A DNA stretch of 64,000 nt from positions 691,061 through 755,060 of the forward strand of contig ML996695.1 in the NCBI GenBank assembly GCA_010356995.1. The letters are read 5' to 3'. The notes beneath the pieces are model-generated. The model had not been told where the DNA came from and searched no databases. It saw nothing but the letters and a program-made list of their open reading frames with translations. Within the stretch, counting starts at the first letter, position 1; the number at the start of each line of letters is the position of its first letter. Shown here piece by piece: positions 12,391 to 23,749 of the stretch. The translations under genes were made by a program, and so were the position numbers. The DNA comes from Trichodelitschia bisporula. Its lineage: Eukaryota.

Positions 12391-15300
12391 AGTCGACTGG
12401 ACAGTGGAGCTCGAAGTCTGAAAGGAGGAGCCGGTTGACTGGACCGAGCCCGAGGACTGCGTGCTCGAAGTCTGAGTGGAGGAGCCGGTGGACTGGACCG
12501 AGTTCGAGGACTGCATGCTCGATGTCGATGAACTCGAACTTGCCGAGGACTGCGGATTGGAACTGCTGAGACTCTGGCTTGAAGAAGACGAAGACATCTG
12601 ACTCGTACTGCTTGACGAGCTGCCGGAACCGCCCCTAGCGATCACCCGCGCACCCCATATTCCACTGTTCGAGCTCGCGGCATTGATGGCGCTCTTGAGG
12701 TAGCACACGTTGGCCCGGATTGTCATGATACGCGCACGCATCGCGAATCCCCAGCACATAGTTCCATGCATTGTTGGAACACGGTGATACCACTAAAAGT
12801 CACGAGATTGCCGCTCGATGTGTCCTTGGAGCATTCGACCACAAAGGAAACTCCTGGCGAATTGACACTGATGTAGGTTGTGCCATTGGAGCCTGGGCAC
12901 ACAGGGCTTGTGGCTACGACTGTCGCTGATGTTGACGACGTGGACGAGCTTTGAGTGGTTGTAGAGGTGCTAACAGATGAGGAAACTGCGGACGATGATA
13001 CGGAGCTGCTTGAGGAGCTGGAAGTGCCGGCAGATGAAGAGACTGAAGACGAAGACGTTGAGCTCATCGAAGAGCTGGAACTTCCAGAATTATGGCTTGA
13101 GCCAGAACTAAGTGACACGAGCCTTCCAGTACAGACCTGAGCATTGTGGACAACCGCCCCCACGCTGCTCTTAACGTAACAGGTCCCTGAGGGGCGCCGC
13201 AGACCCATACCGCGTCTATACAGCCGGGACGCGTCTCACACAAAGCGATGCAAGCAGGAAGATCCGAGGTGTACACGGGATTTGGGGCGGCCATTGACCC
13301 TCCCGAATGATCCCACCCACATTCGATTGTGTAGACGGATCCGGAGCTTGATATGTATTGCGTCATGTTTCCTTCAGGACAGCTTGCAACCCCTGATGCA
13401 ACCGGCACGGAAGATGATGCCAAAGAAACAGTGGAAGAAGATGGTGTTCCGGTAGAAGCAGAGGTTACACCTACGCCTACACCCGTGCTTGCTGAGCCAG
13501 TGCTTGCCACAGGGATGACGGAAGAAAGGGAAGACGTTGTTGAGGAAGACACCGAAGAAGAGCCAGTCGTCTGATTAACTTTCAGCAAGTTGATTACCCA
13601 ATATGCCTGCGTGAAGTTTTGAGGATTGTTGCCAGAAAAATCGACGCAAGAACCCCAGCCAGAGGCACCGGCTGTTTGGGGCACAACGATGCGGCATATG
13701 CGTTGCTAGCATTGTCTCCACAGAAGTCCGTGTTGATGACCATCTGGTGATTTGCGAAATGATTGTCGATCTGGCAATTTCCTTGGAATAATGCAGTTGG
13801 TGTTCCAAACTGACTGACATCCGGCGCCCCGGACGTGATACTGGAGGGGACGAAGCCTCTCGGGAAAAACCATATTCGAATGTAAGATGAGGTCCACTCT
13901 GTAGCGTAAACGCCTTCATCGAGTCAGTGATCGCTCCCACATAAACAGAATCAACGTGCGTACCGCCACTATTGTCGTTGAAGTTATAGCCATGATTTTG
14001 TGTGCTTGGGTCGGTGATGCTGCAACCAACGTTGTACCCAGGGTAATAGGCGCAATTATTCGTCTGCAGCGTGCCTGTCATCCCGCTGCCAGCGATGGTG
14101 CAATTCGGAGTCGTATGCAAAGTCATTGCGTTGTTCGTGTTGAGACTGACGCCTTCGATGATGTCTAGACCATTAAGCACTCATCCACAACCATAAAGCC
14201 TTGACGTACCTATTTCACCGTTGTTTGGCCAGTTCGGTCCCAGAGTCCAAAAAGCCGGCCAGGTTCCGCAGCCCACGGGCATATGTGAAAGGTCCAAAAT
14301 GAACAAGCCGTGGGTATAACTATTGTTACTGATCAGACGGACGCTAGGTCGCCCAGGTCCACCTCGCGGGTAAACTCCAGAGTAGTCCACCCCCAGATAA
14401 ACCGACGCATCCATGACGTTCTGAGCGTACCCATTGTTCATCGCGACGCTCTGGTATACGTATTGAACATGGCCGTGGGTCGGATCCGGCCCCTGACATG
14501 ATGAAAGAATTGGGACAGGTAATCGATGAGCTTACCGAATAGAAGGAAAACTTGCTGAAGAAGTTATTAGGCACGTAGTTATTAAGCAGAGAATATGATT
14601 GTCCTAAGACATGACAGGCGAAAGGAAGAAGGGAAAGCAATTCCTGCAGGCCAGGCACGGCGGCGGAGGATCGCATTGTGGGGACTCCAGCGTAATCGAC
14701 AAAGACGGATGGCTTGCGGTAGGATCAATAAAGTGAAGGGCTGAAAGAATAGGATGAAGAAAAGTAAAGCAAGAGACGCGTTGTTGATAGCCATGCCCAT
14801 CGCATTCCATCCCTTTGCAACTGCGGCAAGGAGAAAGACATCAAAAGCCGAGCATTCTTTGCCGTGGCCCGATTTTTGCGTCTAGATGCATGTTAGCAAA
14901 ATTCCTGGATAACAGGTGGAGATGGCCGTAACGCAAATTATAAGCAATCACGCTTGAGGAATGATGAGGGCGAAGCTCTGCAGTCCGCACTGATGGTAAC
15001 TCTCGCCTAAGAAGGCTGTCATTTTGTAAGCGGTAGAGCTGCGCACCTCCGACGGGAATACCCAAGACATGGAGGTCCCGGCGGCCCTACTGCATGACCT
15101 TGACGGGGAGATATGCACTCTTTGAGCAATAGCCAGTTGCCTCATGTCGGTTGGGTCGCTTGAGCTGAAACTCACATGAACTCTCCCTCAAGTCAGCATT
15201 CTTCGGGATGAAGAAGACGAAGTATCAATTCGGTCTTCTCTTTCCCTAATAATGGATAAGGCGTCCCCTCCGTTTAACATACCACATCATCATCACATCA

Positions 15301-15471
15301 TCATCACACCCCAGTCGTTGGAGCAATGGACGAAAATTGGCGCAAGGCTTTCAATGGCAGGAAGCACTTCAGGAACCCATCCAAGCTCCTAAACCCACTC
15401 ATTTCCGTCCTCATGATCCCCATTCGGCCTCTGCTTGCAGTTAGTCGACAAGTCATATAGAGTTCGCACCA

Positions 15472-17892
15472 TCAAACCCTCACCTCTCCGCATCCGCCGT
15501 CGGTGTTCCTCAACTCCTCCATGTCGAACGCCTGATCTGGAATGTCAACGTCTTTGTTCAACGTCAAGATCCCAAACTCCATGGTGCGAAAGTAGCTGCC
15601 ATTTGAATACTCGTTGCATCCAAAGAACCCGATGATCCGGTCCGGGGGCCCCGCCTCCAACGATGTAGTCTCACTCTGTTCCTGCTCGGAGAGGCACCCC
15701 CACGTCTGCCCGTCCGACGAGTGCACGCGTAGGGCATCCAAACCCCCATTTGCTGCCGAAACCTCAATCATTGTGATGTTTGTTGTGGCTGCAAAACTGC
15801 GCTCCTCCGAGCGGTGGCCTCCTGGGACAAAGTCAGCGTAAAGGCACGAGGAAGACACGACAGCGCAAACCAAAGTGATGTTGGTGTCCATCCCGATCCC
15901 ACCGTGGCCCGCAGGGGACCTTGTGCCCATCCTGAAACCCCACAACTGCGCCGTCGAGCAGAGCGCCAACCCGGCAGTCGATGCTTGTAGCCGAGACGAC
16001 TAATTCATCAGTTACTGAGTTTCTGGCCGCCCAGTTTGGAAGAGACCTACGCCCGCCGCTTGATGTCCGCTGTTTAAATAAAACGGCCCAACGCCAGAGT
16101 GGTATATCGTCACGGGTCGCAAGTTCCTGGCTCGCTACAGACGCCTTGCCTATTAGGACATCTGTGCCAGTGACCTTGACAGCACCGGTTGGGAAGAGCT
16201 GCCAAACATTGGAGAGAGTTTTCTCAACGCCATTCATACCCACAACCCGGACGTTCAATGCCTGATCGCGCGACCACATACTTTCAAGCTCGTGAAGCTG
16301 CCAATCACAACTCTTGCAGGGATTCTTCCAATCTGACAATGTTTCCGTTCCTTGGAACTCGACGATGGCAAGTCCTAAAGGCTCGCACGACATCTGAAGA
16401 TAGGGTCCGGTATTTGCGTACATCACTTTCACGTCCGGCATCTTGCTAAGGACACTGGAGTCGTACAGAGGGTCCATCGGCTGCCGGAAGTGCATGTGAT
16501 ACTTAAAGGAAAGCGCATCAAGAATATGCCAGCGTGCATCGTTCGGAGTGTCTGCCGTTACAACAGGGATACCAGGTTCGTTCCGTGCCTGGGATGGTGA
16601 GGTTGAAGAGAGAAAATTGCGTGCCCAATGCACGGGGTAGCCGCGTTCCATAATGCCAGAGCGATGAGGGGAGCCAAAAGCGTGGCCGGCCTTCGAAAAT
16701 TAGCCGGGTGATCCCGAGACGATGTCCAACGTCTGCACCCAGATGATCAACAGAATATCTTACCTCATGCAAAAAGGCACCTTGACCCACACAACACGCC
16801 TCCCACATGCTCAGACAGTCACCAGCATCATTACCCACGCCAGTGCCAGGCGCCCTTCCATCGGTTAAGGACGGTACTACCTCCTCTAAAAACCGAGGCC
16901 ACGAGTATGTCAGATGGCTACCAAACACGCCCAGCGAGATCCCATTGTCGTTTCGACAACCTAGCGCCGCATGCGCCAGAATCAAGCCGCTATTCGCATC
17001 GTAATGCGAGTCTAAAATCAAGCCTGCAACAACCGGCCGTGCATCTAGTCCCAGAGAACCACCAGCTTGGGCAAGTGCATCTGTGAACCACGAGTGTAGC
17101 TGATCTCTCCGGGTTCCATTTTCGTTCTGCTGCGCGACATCTGGATCACGGAGTTCCCGAACAGTCTGCGTAGCGGTTACGAGGTTGACTTTGGCTGTGG
17201 AACGCATGACACCGCCACCCTCCCTTGAAGCCAGATCGCCATGGGCAGCTTTGTTGACAAAGGTACGCGAGACTGTATCTGGCAGCCATTCCTCCTCTAA
17301 GTGGAAGGAGCGACGCCCTAGGCCTTTCTGTCGCATATCCTCGGCCGTCATGGCTTGCCACATGTAGGCTGTCATACGAAATTTGGCAATGGCGGCAGCG
17401 AGGTCAGAGTGTGCGTTGCACAGACCAGCGGATTTGGTCGACGGACAGTCGATCAGCAGGGGGGAATCAGAGGCAACTAGAATGGCGAGTTGGAGAGGAG
17501 GGGCGTGAAGCGGAGGGAAATAAGTGAGAGTAAGCGTTGTTGTCGATAAAACTCCTGAACTTGTATGAAGCGTCAAAGAGATAGTGTTTTCACCAGGAGA
17601 AAGGAAGAGGAGGGCTTTGAAGTAGCCTCGTGCGAGGGGCCATGTCTGATCGGGGAAGAGCTCGGCGCCCTCCGAGGAGAGAGTTCGGACCAGTATATAG
17701 GTTGATGATGGATCACTGGCGTCATCGGCTAAGTTCTCACAACGACCAGTGAGCAGTAAGCAGCGCTGCAGAATGTTAGGACGACATTTATAAGAAGCTA
17801 TGGGTTTTAACTTGAAAGATGACTTCGTCGTCCTCCACGTTGCCCAGAATTATCTGCACAGGCGCAGCAGCGGAGCGCTCTGGGATAATCAT
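15472..17892 (-). CDS. Putative zinc metallopeptidase (YIL108W-like) with C-terminal jacalin-like domain
   Basis: Exons about 17892-17812, 17765-16764, 16690-15871 and 15821-15472 join in frame. Motifs AYMWQAMTAEDM, FGSHLTYSWPRFLEEV and spliced GAFLHEAGHAFGSPH (HEXXH); C-terminal LDG...IIGFFG pattern resembles jacalin. Confidence 0.82.
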
Positions 17893-18346
17893 AGTGTGTG
17901 ATGATCCAAATGGTTCAGATGACTAGCGGCCAATGGATCGAAGTCGTAGGAATGGCAAAGAAGACGGATCTAACAGTTAAATGAAAATCGAGTAGCAGAG
18001 GTTGGAGACGAAGTGTGGATGGAAAGCTGGCGCGTTGAACGCACACGAGAGACTTTACCCTTGGCGGTGTGACGACATTTGGCAGTGCAACGGCTACATG
18101 TAGGCAACTGCCCGGAAAGTCGTATCTTCAACGAAGCTGTGAAAAGAGTGCCAGATACAATTTAGGACTGACTTTTACGACGGAGTAGAGGATAACGTGC
18201 GACTACGTCCAATCAACCTAACACGCCGTCGTCACAGCAATAGTAAGGTTTGTCGTCATTCATCCCATCAGGGGGATAGCGGGTCCCGAACCATGATTAT
18301 CGCACGAACGACAAAAGCTAAACCGTAAATATCCCTAGTACGGACT

Positions 18347-21035
18347 CTATGGAAACTCAAAGACGGCCAGACTCTTCCCAAATGTGTTCAAATTTGCCCC
18401 ATTTGGAACCAAGCTCGTTCCGTCTACCTGGACCATATCATCCCTACCAATCGTGTACAAGCCAAATATCCAAACAGCCTCAGAGAGCTCAAGGCTGGCG
18501 GCGTTCTCTTGGCATGTGTGGGTGAAAAGGCAGGCTGAGTCGTAGTTCTGGAAGAACGAATACAACCCCGCTCCGTAGATGAACGCGTACGAGCTGTTGT
18601 ATACCCGCAGGCCCCACGTCTTGAAACAGCTGGACTGGAAGCAAGAGCTAAAATCGGGGTCGTTCCATGACGCTTTGGGTACGAATGGTTTGATAGCTTG
18701 GGGGTTGTCTTGCATGTATCTACAGTCTCGGGTAAGCCAACAACCTCACCAGCATCGCGAACACTTACGCAGTTTCCGACTGGATGTGCGAGAAGTATAC
18801 ACTCTTTGCGTTGGCCACCTGGTAGTTATAGAGCATGGAATGCTCAAACGACCCGCCAACGACCTATACCGCAGACCGCGATTCTACCAACAGGCCTCGG
18901 CCGTTGTAGATGTAGATCTGGTTATGGTCCGCGGCGTCCAGTTCGTGATCAGAGACCCAGCCCCAGTTGTTCTCCATATACAGCGATGCCGTTTCTGTGA
19001 CATGAAGGAGTAAAAAGGTCCCAATGCAATTGGGATCCGGGGTGTTGACTCTGATGGCAGGAGTCTTCGCGCAGGTATTCGACTGCAGCTGCGTCCCCGC
19101 CGTACCGCCGATGCGCCAACGGACATCCCACATGCCTTAGAACGGGGAATCAGCTCATACTCTCCATAATAATGTCGACCACGACCTACCGGCAGTTCCC
19201 TGACCGTCCTCGGCCAGATTCCACTCCATCATGATCGCTCCTGGTGCTGGCCCGATTGTCTCGAACAGGATGTCTTGCATCTCGACTCTCCCAGTATCCC
19301 CGCGGTTCCCAACTCGCACTGCCGGCTGCGGGTTGTTTATGTCCTGCCATATGGAGGAAGAGCCCTTCACCATGATGAGTGGCCATCCTTCGCCGATGAT
19401 CTTGATATTGGTCGGCACTTGGATTGTGTTGGTGATGACATATGCACCTTGGTCAATATACATGATCTGGTTCGCTCCCAAGTTATTCAGATATTCTGGA
19501 GGCAGGCGGTGTCGTCTGCCACGCCATCGCCTACGTATCCATTGTCCTTGGTGGGGACGAATGCGCTGACAGGGTAGCTATCGTATGTCGGCTTCCCTCT
19601 GTCAAAAATCCCACCGGCCGAGTTCAGGAGTGACGCCGGCTTAGGCAGTGGCGGGAAGCTCCCCTGGACGCATACTTGCTGCGCCTTCGGGATGTAGTAT
19701 ATTTCACTACCGTGATCGGGGAAGACTTACGGACCATAGTATGCAGAGTGCGACTGCCCTTGCATCTAGAAGGGCACGATCGAGCCACCCGGGAGTATGA
19801 CGGTGTCGTTGTGGTACGATATGGCGAGCTGGGCTCCGCGGAAGTCAAAATTATCGACTATCATAGTGCCGGCTGACACCGGTTTGATGGTGCAGTTGAA
19901 GTTGGTCACGATGGCTTGAGACACGTTGCTGAAGATCGTGTCGGCGATCAGGGCGGAGCCAAGCGTGGGGTTTGGCGGGTTTGCCGGGTAGATTCCAATG
20001 GGGCAGTTATTGATGTGGAGGCCCTCGAAGGACCAGAGCCAGTCCCAATTCATGCAGATAGCCGTCTGGCAGTTATTGAAGGTAAGGTTGGTGCTGGTAA
20101 ACTGCTGGTTCCTGAAGAAATTAGTTCTGAATCGCGTTCAGGAAGCCGACGCTCTCAACTAACCCGAGGAAGAAGCCCGTTCCACCCCCGTTGAAATGAG
20201 ATCTCGCATGAAGCCACCGGAGCCATTGTCCATAAAGATGCCTTGCTGGCGATTAGCTGCCCCGCCGCCGACGACCATGTTGAAGACGATGTTCTGCAGC
20301 GAGGTCGCCTGCGCAACCTGCCAGTGGATACCGATTCCGCGCCCCATTGGCACCTGCGTGAGGTCCAGGACCAAATTGCGCACCTGGCGGAAGAAGTTGT
20401 TCTGATTCGCACACCAGCTTGCACCACCAGGATAGTAAACATCCGAATCGAGGACACCAGCGCCATTGAAAGTCGGATGTGCCCTGATCGTGGGCATGCT
20501 AAGGGCATCTCCGACGACGATACTATTATATACATGATGATGGGATCCGTCACAATATATGTTCCCGGAGGGAAGTAAACGATCGCTGGCAAAGTGGTGG
20601 ATGATTCACATGGATAAACGGGGGTGATACTGGCCCAGGCAGCGGTTGCCCTCAGAGAAGGCCCGGTTAGTGGCAGCAGTATCGTTTGTAACTCCATCGC
20701 CTAGTTCATGAGGTGTTAGGAGCGTGCGCTGCAGTCTGTGGTGGATCTACCGATGGCTCCATAGTCTTTCACATTGCGGAATAAGATGTAAGAAGTGTTG
20801 CCATATGCAACGGTGCCCTGTCTCCTGATCTGCGCAAACCACCAGTTCGATCCGGGAGCCACCAATCGCTCATCGAGGGTGTGTAATTCGTCGGCCCTGA
20901 TCAGCCGTTGCTTTGCAGATTCCCTCCTGTCAGCGCGCACTTTGGCATGAGGAATACTCGACTTACCACAAGGCTGATAATGGAAAAACAGACAAGCCAT
21001 ATGAACGAGAGAGGTGCACGCTTAGATGCAAGCAT
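18347..21035 (-). pseudogene. Disrupted GH55 exo-beta-1,3-glucanase
   Basis: FRNVKDYGAxGDGVTNDTAA, VYFPPGTY, NQNNFFRQVRN, GIHWQVAQATSLQN, GIFMDNGSGG, MWDVxxRIGG and QSET motifs are spread over several frames. Frameshifts near 20630, 20530, 20195 and 19488; TAG at expected Trp positions 19768-19766 and 18866-18864. Start at 21035 is tentative. Confidence 0.88.
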
Positions 21036-21454
21036 GGCTAAAGTATGACGTGGGAGGGTTTTCCACACGGTTGGCACGATGTAGGTACCCTCAAATGTTG
21101 GGGTACGTCCGTGTCTTTGCAGTTGGAGATGCTTCTGGGGTTCCAGCTATCGGGAGAATTCGCAAGTTGACTTCTCTGCTCTATACGCGGCACGAACGCG
21201 TAGACTGCTGGGTGCATAGGCTGTATTCCGCAAGATAACACAAAGCACGCGTTCAAGGGAATGCACATTTAGACGACGATATCCATTCGTACCATTGACC
21301 TGGCCTGAAAGCAAGGGCCACACCGCTGACCCTGAGAACGGAAATCAGTTCAGCTCGTCCCTGGCGCCGATCTGCGGAGCATTCCCATTAGTATGCATTC
21401 TCAAAGGCATAGCTGTAACTCATCAACATACCACTTGTAGATGCTCGTCCATTC

Positions 21455-21652
21455 TCAGTTCCTCCCGCCCTGGGCCTGGCTCTGGTTCTGGCCCTCCGGT
21501 TTATTCAACCCCTCGAAGAACTGCTTCTTCGGTATCGAGTTCTTCCTCAGCCCCTGAGCCCGCAGCTCTACCAGGCGCGCCTCGCATTTCTCGTCAAATT
21601 CGGTGATGTCGCTTTGGGTGAGCGTGAGAGTTGTAGGGTGGCGCCGAATCAT
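21455..21652 (-). CDS. CDC26: Anaphase-promoting complex subunit Cdc26/Apc12 (65 aa)
   Basis: N-terminus MIRRHPTTLTLTQSDITEFDE fits the Cdc26 MLRRxPTxLxLxxxDI signature; followed by a short charged tail. The 3' end is uncertain. Confidence 0.72.
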   Translation of the reverse strand: MIRRHPTTLTLTQSDITEFDEKCEARLVELRAQGLRKNSIPKKQFFEGLNKPEGQNQSQAQGGRN

Positions 21653-22003
21653 GATGCAGTTTGCCGAACAAGATGCTGCGTAAAATGATTGGATATGTAG
21701 AGTTAGAGACGCAAAGGCTTCGTGGATCAGCTTCATTCAGAAAAAGGGCGGTTTCCACGCACCAAACAGATACTTTGATATTCACAATCGAAAATGACGC
21801 CCGCCACTTTGAGGTTCACTTGTTTTTGGTGATATGTTATGTATCCGGCGCTGATTGGCGCTTCCTACATGGTACCCGTAGCCCTTGTGGCGCATATGGC
21901 GCATGTGGCTGGTGCACAGGTACCGCCAAGCTATTTTTCAAACTGCAACTGCACATCCAACATCACGACCTTTCTCTCGCCAACCCCCTCAGGTCATCTC
22001 ACC

Positions 22004-23203
22004 ATGCGCAAATTACCACTTCGACCCTCAATGGGGTTTGCCCGTCCGGCGCCGACTTCTAACCGACACTTCCGCACCACCCCCGCCCTCGCAGCTGAAG
22101 ACGATGCACCGTCCACCCCCCGCCCTTCTTCTCCCAAGAGCGACAAACTCGTCACCCGCCGCCGAACCAACGCCTCGGCCGCCGCGGCAGCAAAACTGCA
22201 ATCAATCCGCCAACCCAGCGCCCAACCACGCCTCCGTGGCCTCATGGTCTCGGCCCCAGGCGGCATGGTCCCCGTCAAAGCGGGCTCGCTCGTTGAACCG
22301 CAGGCCCAGAACCACAGCCCGGGACTCGTGCGCCGCGTCGTTGACCCAGGGCAAGGAACCGCATCCCGCGATGGTGCGGCCCGGCCGCCCTTTGTGCGCC
22401 GCGTGCGCCGCGACAATGCCGAGGGCGATAAGCCGCGGTTCCGCGTGCAGGCCCTGCCGGGGAAGCGTGCGCCTGGCCGGCGCGGGCCGGGCAGAGCCTC
22501 CGACGGCGCACAGCAGAAAACCAAGCGGCCACGACGCGGGACGAGCATTGACGAGGCCGAGGACGATCCGGCCGCGGACGCAGCGCAGGAGGAGGAGCTA
22601 TTAGAGACCATCGACCGGGCGAAGCAGGCCGAAGCAGCAGCACGAGGGCCCATGAAGTACGCGCCCACGGAGTTCAAGCTGCAGGACCTGGCCACTGGCC
22701 GGGTGGCCACGGCGGCAGGGACGCTAGGCGCGATCATGGAGATGGATGAGACGATGGGGCGGCTGGCGCGGCGGGCGGATACGAGCTGGGCGATTGACAA
22801 TGATATTGCGCGGCGGCTGTTGCGTGGCGAGGTAGTGCGGTTTAAGGACGATGCGGAGCGGGAGCGCATCGTGGCACTTGCCCAACAAATGTCCGAGGCG
22901 ACGGCGGACAAGATTGCGGTGCAAAAGGGAAAAGCCGTCAAGCCTCTCGATGTCGGCTTTGTGTCTGTTGGCGGCGAGATGCGCAAGGAACTCGTTGACA
23001 AGGTTATGCGCGGGAAGTACGAGTTGGCGCCCGCAGCGCACGGCAAGGACCCCAAAGCGAATAACCTCACGCATGTGCAGCGGCATCTGCAGCTCAATAG
23101 CACGTACTCGCCGTCTCAAGCACAGAGCATGATGGCTACGATTGAGCAGTTGTGGGGAGCGGCTCAGGCCCCTGCACCGAAGGGGAAGGTTGTGCGCCGT
23201 TAG
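22004..23203 (+). CDS. Uncharacterised 399-aa protein with mitochondrial presequence-like N-terminus
   Basis: Long GC-rich intronless ORF; ATG at 22004 followed by Arg-rich, acid-free MRKLPLRPSMGFARPAPTSNRHFRTTPAL; divergent from CDC26. Family not recognised. Confidence 0.7.
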   Translation: MRKLPLRPSMGFARPAPTSNRHFRTTPALAAEDDAPSTPRPSSPKSDKLVTRRRTNASAAAAAKLQSIRQPSAQPRLRGLMVSAPGGMVPVKAGSLVEPQAQNHSPGLVRRVVDPGQGTASRDGAARPPFVRRVRRDNAEGDKPRFRVQALPGKRAPGRRGPGRASDGAQQKTKRPRRGTSIDEAEDDPAADAAQEEELLETIDRAKQAEAAARGPMKYAPTEFKLQDLATGRVATAAGTLGAIMEMDETMGRLARRADTSWAIDNDIARRLLRGEVVRFKDDAERERIVALAQQMSEATADKIAVQKGKAVKPLDVGFVSVGGEMRKELVDKVMRGKYELAPAAHGKDPKANNLTHVQRHLQLNSTYSPSQAQSMMATIEQLWGAAQAPAPKGKVVRR

Positions 23204-23749
23204 GTGACGGGATTGTATCATAGACGTGGACAGAAGCCATGGCCTTTCAGCTACGCATGATATGTCTGCTTGATTTTTTGTCGTGACATAAGTCGCTTGA
23301 TTAGGGAGCTGGGTGAGAAGGCGGCCATGTGGCGCAAGACCTGGAGCATTGAGAGTTCAGTCTCTCGGCCCTTCGACTTGTAGACACACAGCCCGTAATG
23401 TGGAGCACGTCTATGGGCCCTTGATAACTGCTCACAGGTGTAATAGTGAGAATTCGTACTGTATGGATGTAAAATGGGAAGGTCGGGGGCGCGGGTTGTA
23501 GTGATCGTGATGTTTTCGTGGAGCTTGATATCAAATCGTGAAAACAGAGACTAGAAATATCTTTTAAATCAACACGCTATCATGTCCGGCTACAAATCTG
23601 CTGTAAAGCTTGACATGGACAGCTGGCATTACTACACCCCGAGATATAGGGTATCGAGGACCGGTTCGACCATGAAACTGAGGCCATCAAACCGGCCCAA
23701 AATATCAATTCGCCTTCAAATCGTCAGCAACTGAAGCGAAATCATGAGC

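Larger units (their letters stand above)
8155..14676 (-). pseudogene. Disrupted giant secreted GH16 + Ser-rich + 4x PAN/apple-like module protein (~2,100 aa when reconstructed)
   Basis: Signal-like N-terminus at 14676. Introns about 14535-14493, 14209-14165, 13963-13914 and 9815-9771; spliced GH16 motif GEIDIIEG. Four C-x-x-x-C...CYLK/CYVK-type modules. In-frame stops at 12725-12723, 12339-12337, 11085-11083 and 8697-8695; frameshifts near 13180, 12715, 11775, 11510, 9706 and 9100. Confidence 0.85.

Noticed and set aside
13186..13209. GTATGG...CCTCAG mini-intron rescuing the frameshift near 13180
   Set aside because: Only 24 nt, no branch site, and a multiple of three so it would not change frame.
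18864..19768. TAG codons at Trp positions as A-to-I editing-restored stops
   Set aside because: The same gene has several frameshifts that editing cannot fix, and neighbouring stops at Gln, Gly and Arg positions cannot be restored by A-to-I.
21994..23103. 369-aa minus-strand ORF and similar long antisense ORFs over GH3, SIN3 and the PNUTS-like gene
   Set aside because: Expected shadows of GC3-rich genes; no motifs of their own.
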